A DNA stretch of 64,000 bases from Myxococcota bacterium (GTDB taxonomy: Bacteria > Myxococcota_A > UBA9042 > PHBI01 > JAWLBL01). Shown piece by piece: positions 46,484 through 56,408 of this stretch. The DNA lies in contig JAWLBL010000009.1 in NCBI GenBank assembly GCA_041687695.1, positions 139,634 to 203,633 on the forward strand. Reading direction: 5' to 3'. The position numbers and the translations under genes are program-made. Each line of letters begins with the position of its first letter. Within the stretch, counting starts at the first letter, position 1. The notes under the pieces were generated by a model. That model was not told where the DNA came from. It ran no database searches and was given only the letters and a program-made list of their open reading frames with translations.

Positions 46484-49400
46484 ATGTCGCGCGCACACTG
46501 GAGCGACGTCGTCGCCGCCTTCACCCGTCACGCCGAGCACTACATCCGTCACGGGGGCGGCGAGGCGGCCCTCATCGGCCGCCGCGCCGAAGGTTCGGTC
46601 ACGCTGCAGTACGCAGGCCGGGTGGTCCTCGAGCTCCTGCAGAACGCGCTCGACCGCGCGGACCGGCAGGTCGAGGTCCGCTTCGAGGACGGGCGGCTCG
46701 TCGTCGCCAACGACGGCGCGCCGTTCACCGTCGATCCCGCCTTCGACTACGACCAACCGAAGCAAGGCGTCGCCCGGCGCGACTTCAACGCCCTGTGCGC
46801 GCTCCACACCTCGAACAAGTCCGCCGACCGCCAGCTCGGCAACAAGGGCATCGGCTTCCGCTCGGTCTTCGGCGTGGCCCGCCGCGTCCAGGTCTGGAGC
46901 AAACTCGCCGAGGGCGGCTGGTGGGGGCTCGAGCTCTCGTCCGAGCTGAACCCCGCAGAGTGGCCCGGCTCGGAGCTTCCCAAGCTCGACGAGCGCATCG
47001 AGTCGCTCGGGCCCGAGCGACGCCCGAGCTTCCACTTCCCCCGGCCGCTGCGCCGGGCGGACGCGCCGGCCGAGGGCCTCGACGCGATGGAGACCGCGGT
47101 CCTGCTCGAGGTCGAGGACCCGCAACACCGGCAGCAGATCCAGGACGAGGTCGACGGCCTGGCCGCGGTCCGCCTGCACTTCATCACGCTGCAGTGCCCC
47201 GGGATCGCCGTCAGCGTCCAGCGGAGCCCCAACCCCTCGGCGACCGGCTGGAGCCTGAGCACCCAGACCCACCCCGACCTGGCGGCTCTCGCCCGCGCCG
47301 CCGACCACGCCGTGCCGCAGCCCCGGGTCAGCGTCGCATGGCCTCCCGTGGGAAGCGCCCCGACCGGCGCCTTCTTCAACTACCTCCCGACTCGCGTCGG
47401 CACCGGCCTTCCGCTCGACGTCCACGCCGACTTCCAGCTCAAGGCCGACCGCGACACGATGGCGCTCGGAGCGAGCTCCGACGTGGGCCGGTACAACCTG
47501 GCCCTCCTCGAAAGAGCCGCCGAGCTCCACGTCGCGCGCCTCCGCGAGGCCTGCCGGGACCAAGCGCTGCCTCGCGAGGATCTATGGCTGCTCGCCGGTC
47601 GTCCCGACGGTGCGCCCGAGCCCTGGGTGCTCGCCCTCCGAAACCAGCTGTTCCCGGGCAAGTCCTGGGATCTCTGGCGCCAGCTCGCCGCCTCCTTCTT
47701 CCGCGAGGTCCGCCCCGAGGCGGCCTACCGCGCCTTCTGGGCCGCCACCCGCGCTTGGCTTCATCACCTGCTCGGCTCTGGTCACTGGACGCCCACCTGG
47801 CGGAAGGCAGCGGTGGACCTCTGCGACACCTTCGCCGGCGCCGGCATCCGGCTGATCCCGGTTCCAGGCCCGACGGGGCTCGATGCGGTCGCCCTGCCGA
47901 CCCGACAGCAGCGTGGGCTCCGCGCCGAGCGCCGCCTCTTCGTCCTGCGCGATCCCAAGCACGACGCCATCGCCATCCCCCAGGCCCTCCTCAGCCTCGG
48001 TCGCGCGGTGACGCGCTTCAACCTCGGGCCCTGGGAGGAGCCCTCGGGCGCCCTCCGCTTCGTCCCGGACGCGGTGCTCGGCGATCTCCGCCAGATCCCC
48101 CGCGACCCGGCGAACCTCGAGACGCAGCCCTCGCTCACCGAAGCCGACCAGACCGATCTACTCGCCTTCGCCAAGGCCCTCCTGCCGGCCGACCCGCCCG
48201 ATCACTTCGCCTGGCGCGCCTTCACCGACTCCGAGGACCGCCGCTTCTTCGGACGCGCCATAGCCACGCTGTTCCTGCCCACGACCGAGGGCCGCTGGGA
48301 GCCCGCTCGCCAGCTCACCGCCGACCGCGTGGACCGCGCTCGCCTGCTCGGCCCTGATGGCGAGCCCCTGCTGACGGACGCCTTCCTCGCCCGCCTGGGA
48401 GTCGCGCCCGCCGGAGCCGTCCCGCTGGTCGAAGAGGGCGACCGGGGACGCGTCGACCCGCTCGACGCCCCGCCGCCGCTCCAGCCGGCCGGGGCCGACC
48501 ACCTCGCGCGCCCCCTGGCCGCCCTGCTCGACGGACCGCCCTCGATCTCCGAGGTCGGCCACACCCTCGAAGGGCTGCCCGCAGACAACAAGGACTCGGC
48601 GGTGCGCCACGGCCTCGGTTCGACCGCTTGGCTGCCCCGCGCGCTCTTCCGCGAGCATCTCGACCCTGCAACCCAGCAACCCACGTTCATCCCGCTGCCC
48701 GAGCGCCTGGCCCCCCGTGACGTGCTCACGGCCCACCGCGACCCGCGCCGCGTGTTCCTGGCCGAGCCCATCGACGCAGGACACGACGAGGTGCTGGAGG
48801 AGTTGGGCGCCATCAAGAGCCTGGGAGACGAGCGCACCGCCCGTCGCGCCCCGGCCCTGCTCGACCTGCTCGCTTCACGCTGCCCCAACCCCGATGCGCT
48901 CACGGGCAGCCTGCGGACCCGGCTCGCCGCCCTCTTCGAGGCGCTGGTCGACGTGCTGTCGATCGACGACGGGCCCGAGGTGCCGGTCCTGATCGAGCAC
49001 AACGGCGCCCTTCGCTGGCGGAGCGCCGGCGAGGAGGCCTGGCTGGCCCGCGACGAGGATCGGAGCGCGCTGCGCCTGTACTTCCCCGACCTGCCGCGGG
49101 TCGCCGCCAGCCACCGCCGCGGCCTCGCCGAGCGCCTGGGCGTGCGAGAGGTCTCGCTGCGGCAGACGGTCCGCTCCGACGGAGCTCTCGAAGAGACCCA
49201 GCTGGCTCGAAAGCTCGCGGCCGCGCTCCGCGAGCACCTGGCCGCCTTCTGCGCCCTGGCCGAGGTCAGCCGGCTCGTGCCCGCGGTCGACCTGGAGCGG
49301 GTCCGCCGGGCCTGGCTGGGCGGGTCGCCGCCCGTCGAGCAAGCGAAAGACGCCTGGGTCGAGCTGGCCCTGGAAGGACCGGACCTCACCCCGCGGCCCT

Positions 49401-50821
49401 GGCGGCAGGGGCGGTTCGAGGACGTGTTCTACGTCCCGGGTCAGCAGCCGGGCGAGCCGGGCCGGCTGCTCTTCGACACCCAGCGCCCAGAGGGTCCGCC
49501 GCTCAGACACTTCGGCGAGGCGCTCGCGCGGCAGCTGGTCGGCAACCCGCTGCTGGGCCCGGTCTTCGCCGAGGCCCTGGCCGCCATCGAGACCGGGAGC
49601 CTGGCCGATCTCCTCGAGCGCCGTCATGCGTCCGAACTGGCCCGCGATCTGAGGCCCCAGCTAGAGCCGCTGCTTCCCCAGCAGCGGGCGCAGATCGAGA
49701 CCGCGCTCGAACGCTGGTGCGCGCGTCCGGCCGAGGTGATGCGACGGGGACGCATTGGCCGGGACGACCTGTTGGGACGGGTGGGCTTCGAGACCGCCAG
49801 CGCGCTTCGGCGAGCCCTGGTGGACGCCGTTGCTGACGACCAGCTCGCCGACTACCTGCCCACGCTGGTCATCGCCTCCGAGAACCGGGACACCTGGCGC
49901 GCCTGGCACCGCCGTTGGGCCGCCCGCCTGACCGCCTGGGTCGCCCACCAGCTGGAAGGCGAGCCGCCGCGGTCGACCTTGGCCGACTGCATCGAGCCGC
50001 GCCTCGACTGCCTGCTCTTCGATCCAGAGGTCGAGGCGTCCCAGTGGGTGCGCCGCCTCGGCCTGACCCTGCGCGAGCCGCTCGAGGTGACCCTCTCGGT
50101 CTTCGCCCCCGACTTCGCTCCGGTCGCCAGCCCGCCCGCTTCGCACGCGGCCCTCGGCTGGTCGGCCGCCCCGGGCACCCTCGGCTCGGCGACCGGCGGG
50201 CCGGCGGGCATCGTGACGCCCGAGAGCCTGGCCGAAGAGCAGGCCGCCCGGGCCGCGTGGGGCGACGCCGCCGAGGCGGCCCTGCTGGCCTGGGTCGTCG
50301 AGACGACCGCACCGCTGCTCGACCTACCCGGCGGCCGCGACCTCCTGGTCTCGGCCTTTCCCCCGTCCAGCCACACCCGCGCCCTGGTCGCCAAGGCGCT
50401 GGACGAGCGCAAGCCTCACGAGGCCCTGCACATAGCAAAGCTCTGGTCGGGCGCCGGCTTCGACCTGCTCGGTCTCGAGGTCGAAGCCGGCGAGCCGGTC
50501 CTGACCCGCTATGAGTGCAAGGGCCTGCCCCGAGACGCCGCCCGCATCCGAATCCACCTGTCCCGGCGCGAGCTCGCCGTCGCCCGCCAGGTCCAGCAGA
50601 CCGGCCGGGGCCGCTGGCGCCTGGTCGGCGTCGAGACCTCCGGCCGCTCGGTCGACCTGACGCCCCTGGTCGCCGACCTCCTGACCGCCGACCCAGCTCC
50701 CCTTCAGCCCCTCAGCTCCCTCGGCTTCGAACCCGACGGCCTGCGCCTGGTCGTCACCCGCCCCGTCACCCCACCGTCAGCTCGAAGTGACGGCGACCGC
50801 GTGACCGCTTCGATCGCCTGA
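46484..50821 (+). CDS. Sacsin/NOV-type GHKL ATPase with C-terminal DUF3883-like nuclease
   Basis: AGGAGG RBS; ELLQNALD, ANDG, GNKGIGFRSVF, VHADF; C-terminal GDAAE..GAGFDL..YECKG..LSRRE. Confidence 0.85.
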   Translation: MSRAHWSDVVAAFTRHAEHYIRHGGGEAALIGRRAEGSVTLQYAGRVVLELLQNALDRADRQVEVRFEDGRLVVANDGAPFTVDPAFDYDQPKQGVARRDFNALCALHTSNKSADRQLGNKGIGFRSVFGVARRVQVWSKLAEGGWWGLELSSELNPAEWPGSELPKLDERIESLGPERRPSFHFPRPLRRADAPAEGLDAMETAVLLEVEDPQHRQQIQDEVDGLAAVRLHFITLQCPGIAVSVQRSPNPSATGWSLSTQTHPDLAALARAADHAVPQPRVSVAWPPVGSAPTGAFFNYLPTRVGTGLPLDVHADFQLKADRDTMALGASSDVGRYNLALLERAAELHVARLREACRDQALPREDLWLLAGRPDGAPEPWVLALRNQLFPGKSWDLWRQLAASFFREVRPEAAYRAFWAATRAWLHHLLGSGHWTPTWRKAAVDLCDTFAGAGIRLIPVPGPTGLDAVALPTRQQRGLRAERRLFVLRDPKHDAIAIPQALLSLGRAVTRFNLGPWEEPSGALRFVPDAVLGDLRQIPRDPANLETQPSLTEADQTDLLAFAKALLPADPPDHFAWRAFTDSEDRRFFGRAIATLFLPTTEGRWEPARQLTADRVDRARLLGPDGEPLLTDAFLARLGVAPAGAVPLVEEGDRGRVDPLDAPPPLQPAGADHLARPLAALLDGPPSISEVGHTLEGLPADNKDSAVRHGLGSTAWLPRALFREHLDPATQQPTFIPLPERLAPRDVLTAHRDPRRVFLAEPIDAGHDEVLEELGAIKSLGDERTARRAPALLDLLASRCPNPDALTGSLRTRLAALFEALVDVLSIDDGPEVPVLIEHNGALRWRSAGEEAWLARDEDRSALRLYFPDLPRVAASHRRGLAERLGVREVSLRQTVRSDGALEETQLARKLAAALREHLAAFCALAEVSRLVPAVDLERVRRAWLGGSPPVEQAKDAWVELALEGPDLTPRPWRQGRFEDVFYVPGQQPGEPGRLLFDTQRPEGPPLRHFGEALARQLVGNPLLGPVFAEALAAIETGSLADLLERRHASELARDLRPQLEPLLPQQRAQIETALERWCARPAEVMRRGRIGRDDLLGRVGFETASALRRALVDAVADDQLADYLPTLVIASENRDTWRAWHRRWAARLTAWVAHQLEGEPPRSTLADCIEPRLDCLLFDPEVEASQWVRRLGLTLREPLEVTLSVFAPDFAPVASPPASHAALGWSAAPGTLGSATGGPAGIVTPESLAEEQAARAAWGDAAEAALLAWVVETTAPLLDLPGGRDLLVSAFPPSSHTRALVAKALDERKPHEALHIAKLWSGAGFDLLGLEVEAGEPVLTRYECKGLPRDAARIRIHLSRRELAVARQVQQTGRGRWRLVGVETSGRSVDLTPLVADLLTADPAPLQPLSSLGFEPDGLRLVVTRPVTPPSARSDGDRVTASIA

Positions 50822-50858
50822 GGTACCCACGACTCGTTCCTCAGTCGTTCGACGGGTC

Positions 50859-51917
50859 TCAGGTCTCGTCGAAGTCGAGGACGAGCGACGCCCCTGGTGC
50901 GGCATACCTGGCCTCGTAGGCATGGCAGCTTTGGAGGTCCGCGCTTGACCAGTGTTCGTTGCGTGGCGTGCGGTAGTTGAAGCACAGGATCTTCGGCGCG
51001 AGGTCCCCAGTGAGGATGCGCGCGATGGAGGCGTCGTCTGGGTGGTTGAACCGCTTGCCGTTGGTCGAGACGAGGTAGTGCGCGGCCGGTAGGCGCGCGA
51101 CGAGTTCGCGGCTGAGGTTACCCTTGCTGCCGTGGTGAGGCAGCTTGAACACGTCGAGGCGGTCCGGAAGCGACTCGACCCTTGCGAGCGCGCCGAGCAG
51201 AACGGACGGAAAAGCATCGCCCGAAAACAGGCACGTCCAGCCTCCGTACTCGAAAAGAAAGGCGATGCTGGAGCCGTTGGCAACCGCGTCGTCCTCCTCG
51301 AACGGCTCGGCCGCGAGCGCCTCCACATCCACGGACGGGCTCGCCGCGCCTTCTTCTTCCGACTCGTCTTCGCCGCCCAGCCTGTCCAGGGCCTCGAGTC
51401 GCTTCTCGAGCTTCGGGATCTCTCGGTTCCATGCGCGCCGAAGGCGACGCAGGCGCTCGGCGTCGGGAGACAGAAGCGTCAAGGTCGCCCCTCCGGGAAG
51501 GCGCACGATCGGCAAGGGGCCGTGCTGGGGCACGACCACAGCGCCGCCGTCGAAGGCCCGATTCCAAGGCCACCGCAGCTGGTCGAGACGGCGCGAGAGG
51601 ACTTCGCCCTGGTAGACACCGAGGCCGTCAGGATCGAGGTGGTCGGGCCCGTTGAACCACACGTCGCCAGGGCGAAGGCGATCCGCATGCTCGTCGAGAA
51701 GGGCGAGGATCCCGGCGATGTGGTCGGCGTCGATGTGGGTGACGACGAGCAGGTCGAGTTCGAGCGGAGCGGACTTCGTTCCGAGCCGTCGCTCGAGAAG
51801 GCGGGCGGTTCCGGCGAGGCCGCCGTCGATGAGGACCCGGTGGGAGCGGTCCGGCGACCCGTACTCGACCCAGAGGGAGTCGCCGTAACTCGCCGGGAGC
51901 ATCTCGATGCGAAGCAT
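50859..51917 (-). CDS. MBL-fold metallo-hydrolase (ComEC/Avs1a-like)
   Basis: GDSL, LIDGG, THIDADHIAG, NGSSI, FSGDA, KLPHHGS, STNG..HPD. Confidence 0.9.
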   Translation of the reverse strand: MLRIEMLPASYGDSLWVEYGSPDRSHRVLIDGGLAGTARLLERRLGTKSAPLELDLLVVTHIDADHIAGILALLDEHADRLRPGDVWFNGPDHLDPDGLGVYQGEVLSRRLDQLRWPWNRAFDGGAVVVPQHGPLPIVRLPGGATLTLLSPDAERLRRLRRAWNREIPKLEKRLEALDRLGGEDESEEEGAASPSVDVEALAAEPFEEDDAVANGSSIAFLFEYGGWTCLFSGDAFPSVLLGALARVESLPDRLDVFKLPHHGSKGNLSRELVARLPAAHYLVSTNGKRFNHPDDASIARILTGDLAPKILCFNYRTPRNEHWSSADLQSCHAYEARYAAPGASLVLDFDET

Positions 51918-51918
51918 G

Positions 51919-54741
51919 TCAGAGCCTCCAGTCGGCATCGCCGAAGGCGACGAGGCCGAGCGCCATGGTCTTGCCCGCCGCAACGAGCCTTCTTCGCGCC
52001 ATCCGGAACGCGTCTCCGACCGTCGGGGAGAGCGCGGGATCGGCGGCACCCGACGCGGACAGCTCTAGTAGGGAGCGCACGAGCTCCGCGCCGGTACCGG
52101 CGGCGTGTCGGCCGATGACACGGCCATAAGTCCCTACGACGACGGCGGCCTGCTCCTGTCGCCAGGTGGCGAGGAGCGTGAAGGGGGTCTCACCGCCGAC
52201 CGCCGTGTCGCAGCCGAGGAGGAGCACGATGGGGCGGCGCCCGTCGCGCCCGAGCACGTGCCGGTCGGCTTCGATGCTCGCTTGGGGGAGCCGGTCCTGC
52301 CTATCGATCTCGATGGCGAGTGTCGCCGCGTCTCCCACCGTATGGCCCAGCACGACCAGCACTCCCGGCGAGCGGGCATTGAGGTTGTTCTCCCAATCCG
52401 CCCAGAAGGAGACCTGTGCGAACCGCTCCGACCCAAGGTCGTCGTCCAGCGCCGCGACGATTTGCGGGAGCACGCCCTCGGGCCTGTTGGCGCGAACAGA
52501 GCTGGCCCAGAGGACACCATCGCCGAGCCCGACCTGCTCACGCCGTCGCCGGTCCTCGGAGGTCGCCCGAGCTTGCAGGACTGCGAAATCGGCCCCTTCC
52601 TTGGTGACCGCCCTGGCGACCGCGGGCGCGTGGAGGTGGCGCTCGATGACCTTGTGGAGACCCCAGAACGCTAACGGGCAGACGACCCCGCGAGACGCCC
52701 CGGGGCACTCCCACGAGCAGTCGCCGGCGGGGTCCATCTGCAAGTCGGTGGGGCAGACGGTTGCCGCGTCGTCGGGAGGTGGTCCGTCGTAGCAAACCTC
52801 CAGCGGAAGGACGGCATCGGGGCGCGCCGAGATCACCTGGAGGCGATCGGCCGAGGCGGCCGCGTTGAGCCCGGCATCCTTCTCGAGGGATCGAGCGAGC
52901 ACGCGACCCGCCCGCGCCAGGCGTACGTAGAGTTGGCGCGTACGCTCGTCGTCGGGCGTGCCGTCCTGGCCCTCGGCATACTCGTCGAGCAGCTCCCCGA
53001 TGGACCTCGCCGCCTGCTCGGCCTTGTCCGGGAGGACGAGGAGGTCGGCTTCCTGGTCCTTGATCGCGAGGATCAACGCTTCGCCGGCGGGCGTGTGATT
53101 GAACACCAGGGTGGCGTCAAAACCCTGGTCCGAAGGCTCCGGCGCGAGGCCGCGAAGGATGGCCTCGGGGATGAGGCGGATGCGCTCCTCGGTCTGCCCG
53201 GCTCCGACCCATCCGTCGAGCACCGCGGTCTGGAGGACGCGACCTTGGTGGAGCACGGCGAGCCGCGCACGATAGCGCGGGACGTCGTTCGGAACGACGA
53301 TCTCGACGGTTGCCGAATCCGAAGGACCTGCGGCCGGAAGGTGCAGGGATCGCATCAAAGGGGTGCGTTCGCGGCCGACCAGGGGCGCGAGTACGACCGT
53401 GAGGGTGTGACCGGAGGTGGACGGCGGCAGCTCGTCGATGGGGAAGGGTGCGGCCAGGGCCGACCACCCGTCCTGGGGAGGGGCGATGGCGACGTGAACG
53501 GCGTGCCGCGCTCCTGGCTCGAACACCTGGAGCGCGGCGGCTTCCTTCCCAGCGTCGGCCCGGGTGACCCGGGCCTGCAGGTGCCGGGCGAGTGGGGTCT
53601 CGAGGAGCTCGCGCCCAACCAGGGTGAGGGGGAGCAGGTCGGTCGCGCCGTGAGACTCGGCGTGGAACTCGAAGTCGCTGAGGGCCGCCTCGAGCGCCTC
53701 GTCGGGATCGGCGCTGACCGCGAGCTTGGGGTGGTCGAGGTCCCAGCCTCGCCGGCGTAGTGCGCCCGAAAGCCCTTCGAAGTCGTGGAGCTGAAGGTGG
53801 GAGAGCCGGTTCAGCGCCAGCTTCTCGGCGGACTCGAGCCAGCCTCGGCTGTGGAGACGATCAGCAATGGAGACGACCGTGTCGCTGAGCCGGCTGGCGT
53901 CCAGGCCGGTGCCGCGCGCCAGGATGAGCGGCGGCAGGGACGTGCCCCCTTTGGAGGCCGTCTCGAAGAGCGCGACGTCGAGCGCCTGGTCGTGGCTGAG
54001 GGCGGCGACCAGGTCGACCAGCCAGCCCGCCGGATCCTCGGGTGTGGCGACGACGACCGCGGCCTCGGCGTCGAAGCGGCGAAGCGCCCGGGAGGCGACC
54101 TCGAGCGCCGGCTCGCGGTCGGCTGGCTCGACCCAGACGAGTACCGCGTTGACGCGACCCGCCGGTCGAGGCGCGTCGACGTCGAGGTCGCACCTCGGGA
54201 GGACCAGCAGGTCGATCGTCTCGGAGGAAGCATCGGCCGCGACCGTCCGCCTGAGGTGCTCGAGGCCGCCGCGGTCGTCGAAGCCGGACCGAAGGGCTGC
54301 AGAGCGCGGCGTTTGGAGGAAGCCGAAGTCGAAGGGCCAGTGCCAGGCGACCTCGCGCTTGGGCGCCGGACGCTCGACCACGACCGAGGCGACGCCCGGC
54401 GCATCGCGGAGCGCCGAAACCCACGCTTCCAGGTCGTCGCGGGCAGGAAGGTCAGACTCCATGAGCAGGAGACGTAGGCCGCGGGAGATCACCCAGGCCT
54501 CGAATTGCCAGAGCGCGCCCGACTTCGCGGGGTCGAGGTGCTGCGCCTCGCACCAGGGGCGTGCCTGTCTGAGAATTCCGCGTGCGGGCCACCCAACTGG
54601 AAGTTCCGCAGGGGAGCGCGCCGAATCCGGAAGGAAGAGCGCGCCCGCTAGCGCGGCGCCGAAGGCCGCTGGCTCGAGGTTCGCCCCCCAATCGCCCGAC
54701 GGTCTCCTGTCGGGGCCGAGGAACGGATCGGTGGGGGTCAT
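51919..54741 (-). CDS. Large protein with C-terminal CHAT (caspase-like) protease domain
   Basis: LPLEVCYD, FWGL.KVIER, VLGH and LLLGCDT (His/Cys dyad), AVVVGT, VGDAFRMARR, AFGD. Confidence 0.75.
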   Translation of the reverse strand: MTPTDPFLGPDRRPSGDWGANLEPAAFGAALAGALFLPDSARSPAELPVGWPARGILRQARPWCEAQHLDPAKSGALWQFEAWVISRGLRLLLMESDLPARDDLEAWVSALRDAPGVASVVVERPAPKREVAWHWPFDFGFLQTPRSAALRSGFDDRGGLEHLRRTVAADASSETIDLLVLPRCDLDVDAPRPAGRVNAVLVWVEPADREPALEVASRALRRFDAEAAVVVATPEDPAGWLVDLVAALSHDQALDVALFETASKGGTSLPPLILARGTGLDASRLSDTVVSIADRLHSRGWLESAEKLALNRLSHLQLHDFEGLSGALRRRGWDLDHPKLAVSADPDEALEAALSDFEFHAESHGATDLLPLTLVGRELLETPLARHLQARVTRADAGKEAAALQVFEPGARHAVHVAIAPPQDGWSALAAPFPIDELPPSTSGHTLTVVLAPLVGRERTPLMRSLHLPAAGPSDSATVEIVVPNDVPRYRARLAVLHQGRVLQTAVLDGWVGAGQTEERIRLIPEAILRGLAPEPSDQGFDATLVFNHTPAGEALILAIKDQEADLLVLPDKAEQAARSIGELLDEYAEGQDGTPDDERTRQLYVRLARAGRVLARSLEKDAGLNAAASADRLQVISARPDAVLPLEVCYDGPPPDDAATVCPTDLQMDPAGDCSWECPGASRGVVCPLAFWGLHKVIERHLHAPAVARAVTKEGADFAVLQARATSEDRRRREQVGLGDGVLWASSVRANRPEGVLPQIVAALDDDLGSERFAQVSFWADWENNLNARSPGVLVVLGHTVGDAATLAIEIDRQDRLPQASIEADRHVLGRDGRRPIVLLLGCDTAVGGETPFTLLATWRQEQAAVVVGTYGRVIGRHAAGTGAELVRSLLELSASGAADPALSPTVGDAFRMARRRLVAAGKTMALGLVAFGDADWRL

Positions 54742-55883
54742 GCAGCCTCCGCGGGCGCATGGGCAAGGTCGGGCGTCACCCTCTCGCCTTCTAGGACATC
54801 GAGCATGCGGGATGCTTGGCGTTCGCCCCAGGCCACGAGCGCGTCGATATCGGCCTGGGTCATGCGTGTGAGGCGCGTGTCGATGTCGGCCAGGTCGGGC
54901 CGACTCTCGGGTCCCTCCGGCAGTGGGTGGCGCCCCGAGCGGGTGACGAGCTCGCCCTGGATCGAGAAGTACGCGCCTAGACGGTGCCCACTGGCGAGCT
55001 CGCGCTCGAGCCAGCGCGTACGAAGGGCTCGCACCTGGTCGTCGAAGATGGCGCGGACCCGGAGGAGCTGTCCGAACCACTCAAGGCCGCCCCGACGAAC
55101 GTCCTGGAGGCGCTTGCCCCCATCGCTCACCAAGACGCAGCGGAACTTGTGCGCGGTCTCGTGGCCGAAGTTGTCGTAGACGCCCCCGTCGGTGAGCCGG
55201 ATGTGGCGACGCAGCTCCCGCTGGAGCTCCGGGTTGCCACGAGCTAGCGTCGGCTTTCCCTTTTCCGGCGCCGCAGGAGCCTTCAGGCGCATCGGTGAGA
55301 GGATGGGCGGAAACGCCGAGGAGGCGGCGACGGCCTGCGCGAGCGGCAGGACCGGATCTTCCCACATCCCCAGCTTGTAGTCGGCCATGTACGGGCGCGA
55401 AAAGCGGAAGAGAACGCCCGTCTGGAGGTTGGCCGCGTTGATGACGAAGCGCGGCCCTTCGTGCTCGTCCGGTAGGTTCTGGAGCGTCGCGCCCTTGAAG
55501 AGGTGGCGGTCATAGGCGCGCGCTACCTGGTTGGCCCCGGACGTGAACGGAAGGAGCCCGAGCGCAACGGCCTTCCAATCCAGGGTGCGGGAGGCGAGGG
55601 CTCGGATGGGCTGCTCCACGAGGTCGCCGAACCGGGTCGCGAGTCCGTCGGCGTCGAAGGCGAGCTCACGCCAACGCAGCCCCAGCAGTCCCGCTACGAT
55701 GGAGCCACCGGAGACGCTGGATACGCGCGTGAGGCGCACCAGCCAACCTCGCTGGTTCAGCGCGCGCAACGTCCCGAGGTGGTACAGCATCGCGCGATAT
55801 CCGCCGCCCGAGAGGCAGAGCGCGATCCCCGGCCGGATCTCGTCGTGAAAAGGGATTGGGAGGCTTGGGGACGGGCTCTTCAT
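54738..55883 (-). CDS. Patatin-like phospholipase
   Basis: LCLSGGGYRA, SSVSGGS, AASSAFP, DGGVYDN; AGGAG RBS at 55883 (alternative start 55952). Confidence 0.9.
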   Translation of the reverse strand: MKSPSPSLPIPFHDEIRPGIALCLSGGGYRAMLYHLGTLRALNQRGWLVRLTRVSSVSGGSIVAGLLGLRWRELAFDADGLATRFGDLVEQPIRALASRTLDWKAVALGLLPFTSGANQVARAYDRHLFKGATLQNLPDEHEGPRFVINAANLQTGVLFRFSRPYMADYKLGMWEDPVLPLAQAVAASSAFPPILSPMRLKAPAAPEKGKPTLARGNPELQRELRRHIRLTDGGVYDNFGHETAHKFRCVLVSDGGKRLQDVRRGGLEWFGQLLRVRAIFDDQVRALRTRWLERELASGHRLGAYFSIQGELVTRSGRHPLPEGPESRPDLADIDTRLTRMTQADIDALVAWGERQASRMLDVLEGERVTPDLAHAPAEAA

Positions 55884-55966
55884 GGGGGCTCCTGGCGAGT
55901 CGGCCGAAGGTGGCGGGACCGTAAAGGATGAGGCGAAGTCAGGTCGCTTCATCTCATCTTCGCCGT

Positions 55967-56227
55967 CTATCGAGTCGCGGCTGCAACGGAGTGGCTCTTG
56001 TCCTTGGCCTCGACGACGGCCAGGGGGAGGTTGGCCTGATAGAAGAGGAGGTAGTCGGCCCGCTTCTGCTTGCCGCGGGAGGCGAGCTTGCCGCGGACGA
56101 TGACCCGGCCCGCGGTGAACGTGTACTCGCGGCGGACCTGCGTCAGCTTGTCCCAGCCGGCCTTCGCGATGGCCGGGGTGATGAAGTTCTGACAGACCTC
56201 CGCTTCGGTGAGCGACTTCTTGCTCAT
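55967..56227 (-). pseudogene. hsdR: Truncated type I restriction subunit R (EcoEI/EcoAI-like N-terminus)
   Basis: MSKKSLTEAEVCQNFITPAI..GW..REYTFTAGRVIVRGK..RADYLL..LAVVEAKD, then a stop after 86 aa. Confidence 0.85.
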
Positions 56228-56408
56228 GCGGGTCCCCCCTCTCGCGCTGCCGTTGCCCCGTGTGAATCGATCGACCACGAGGGGGCATCACCCCGTACGT
56301 ACAGGTTCGGCGGGATTGTTCGCGGTCCGGATCGGGGCGTCAAGGGGGGCCTAAGCCTCGGGGGCGCGGCGAACGACGGGTGGAATGGGCTCTCGGGCCT
56401 GGGCCGGG

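Noticed and set aside
45650..47563. Long N-terminal extensions of the 44861 (-) and 45923 (+) ORFs through the repeat region
   Set aside because: Strong AGGAGG RBSs support starts at 45649 and 46484; the extensions overlap each other and read as repeat-derived
55884..56291. Patatin ORF extended to 56291
   Set aside because: The extension overlaps the hsdR remnant in another frame; an RBS supports a later start
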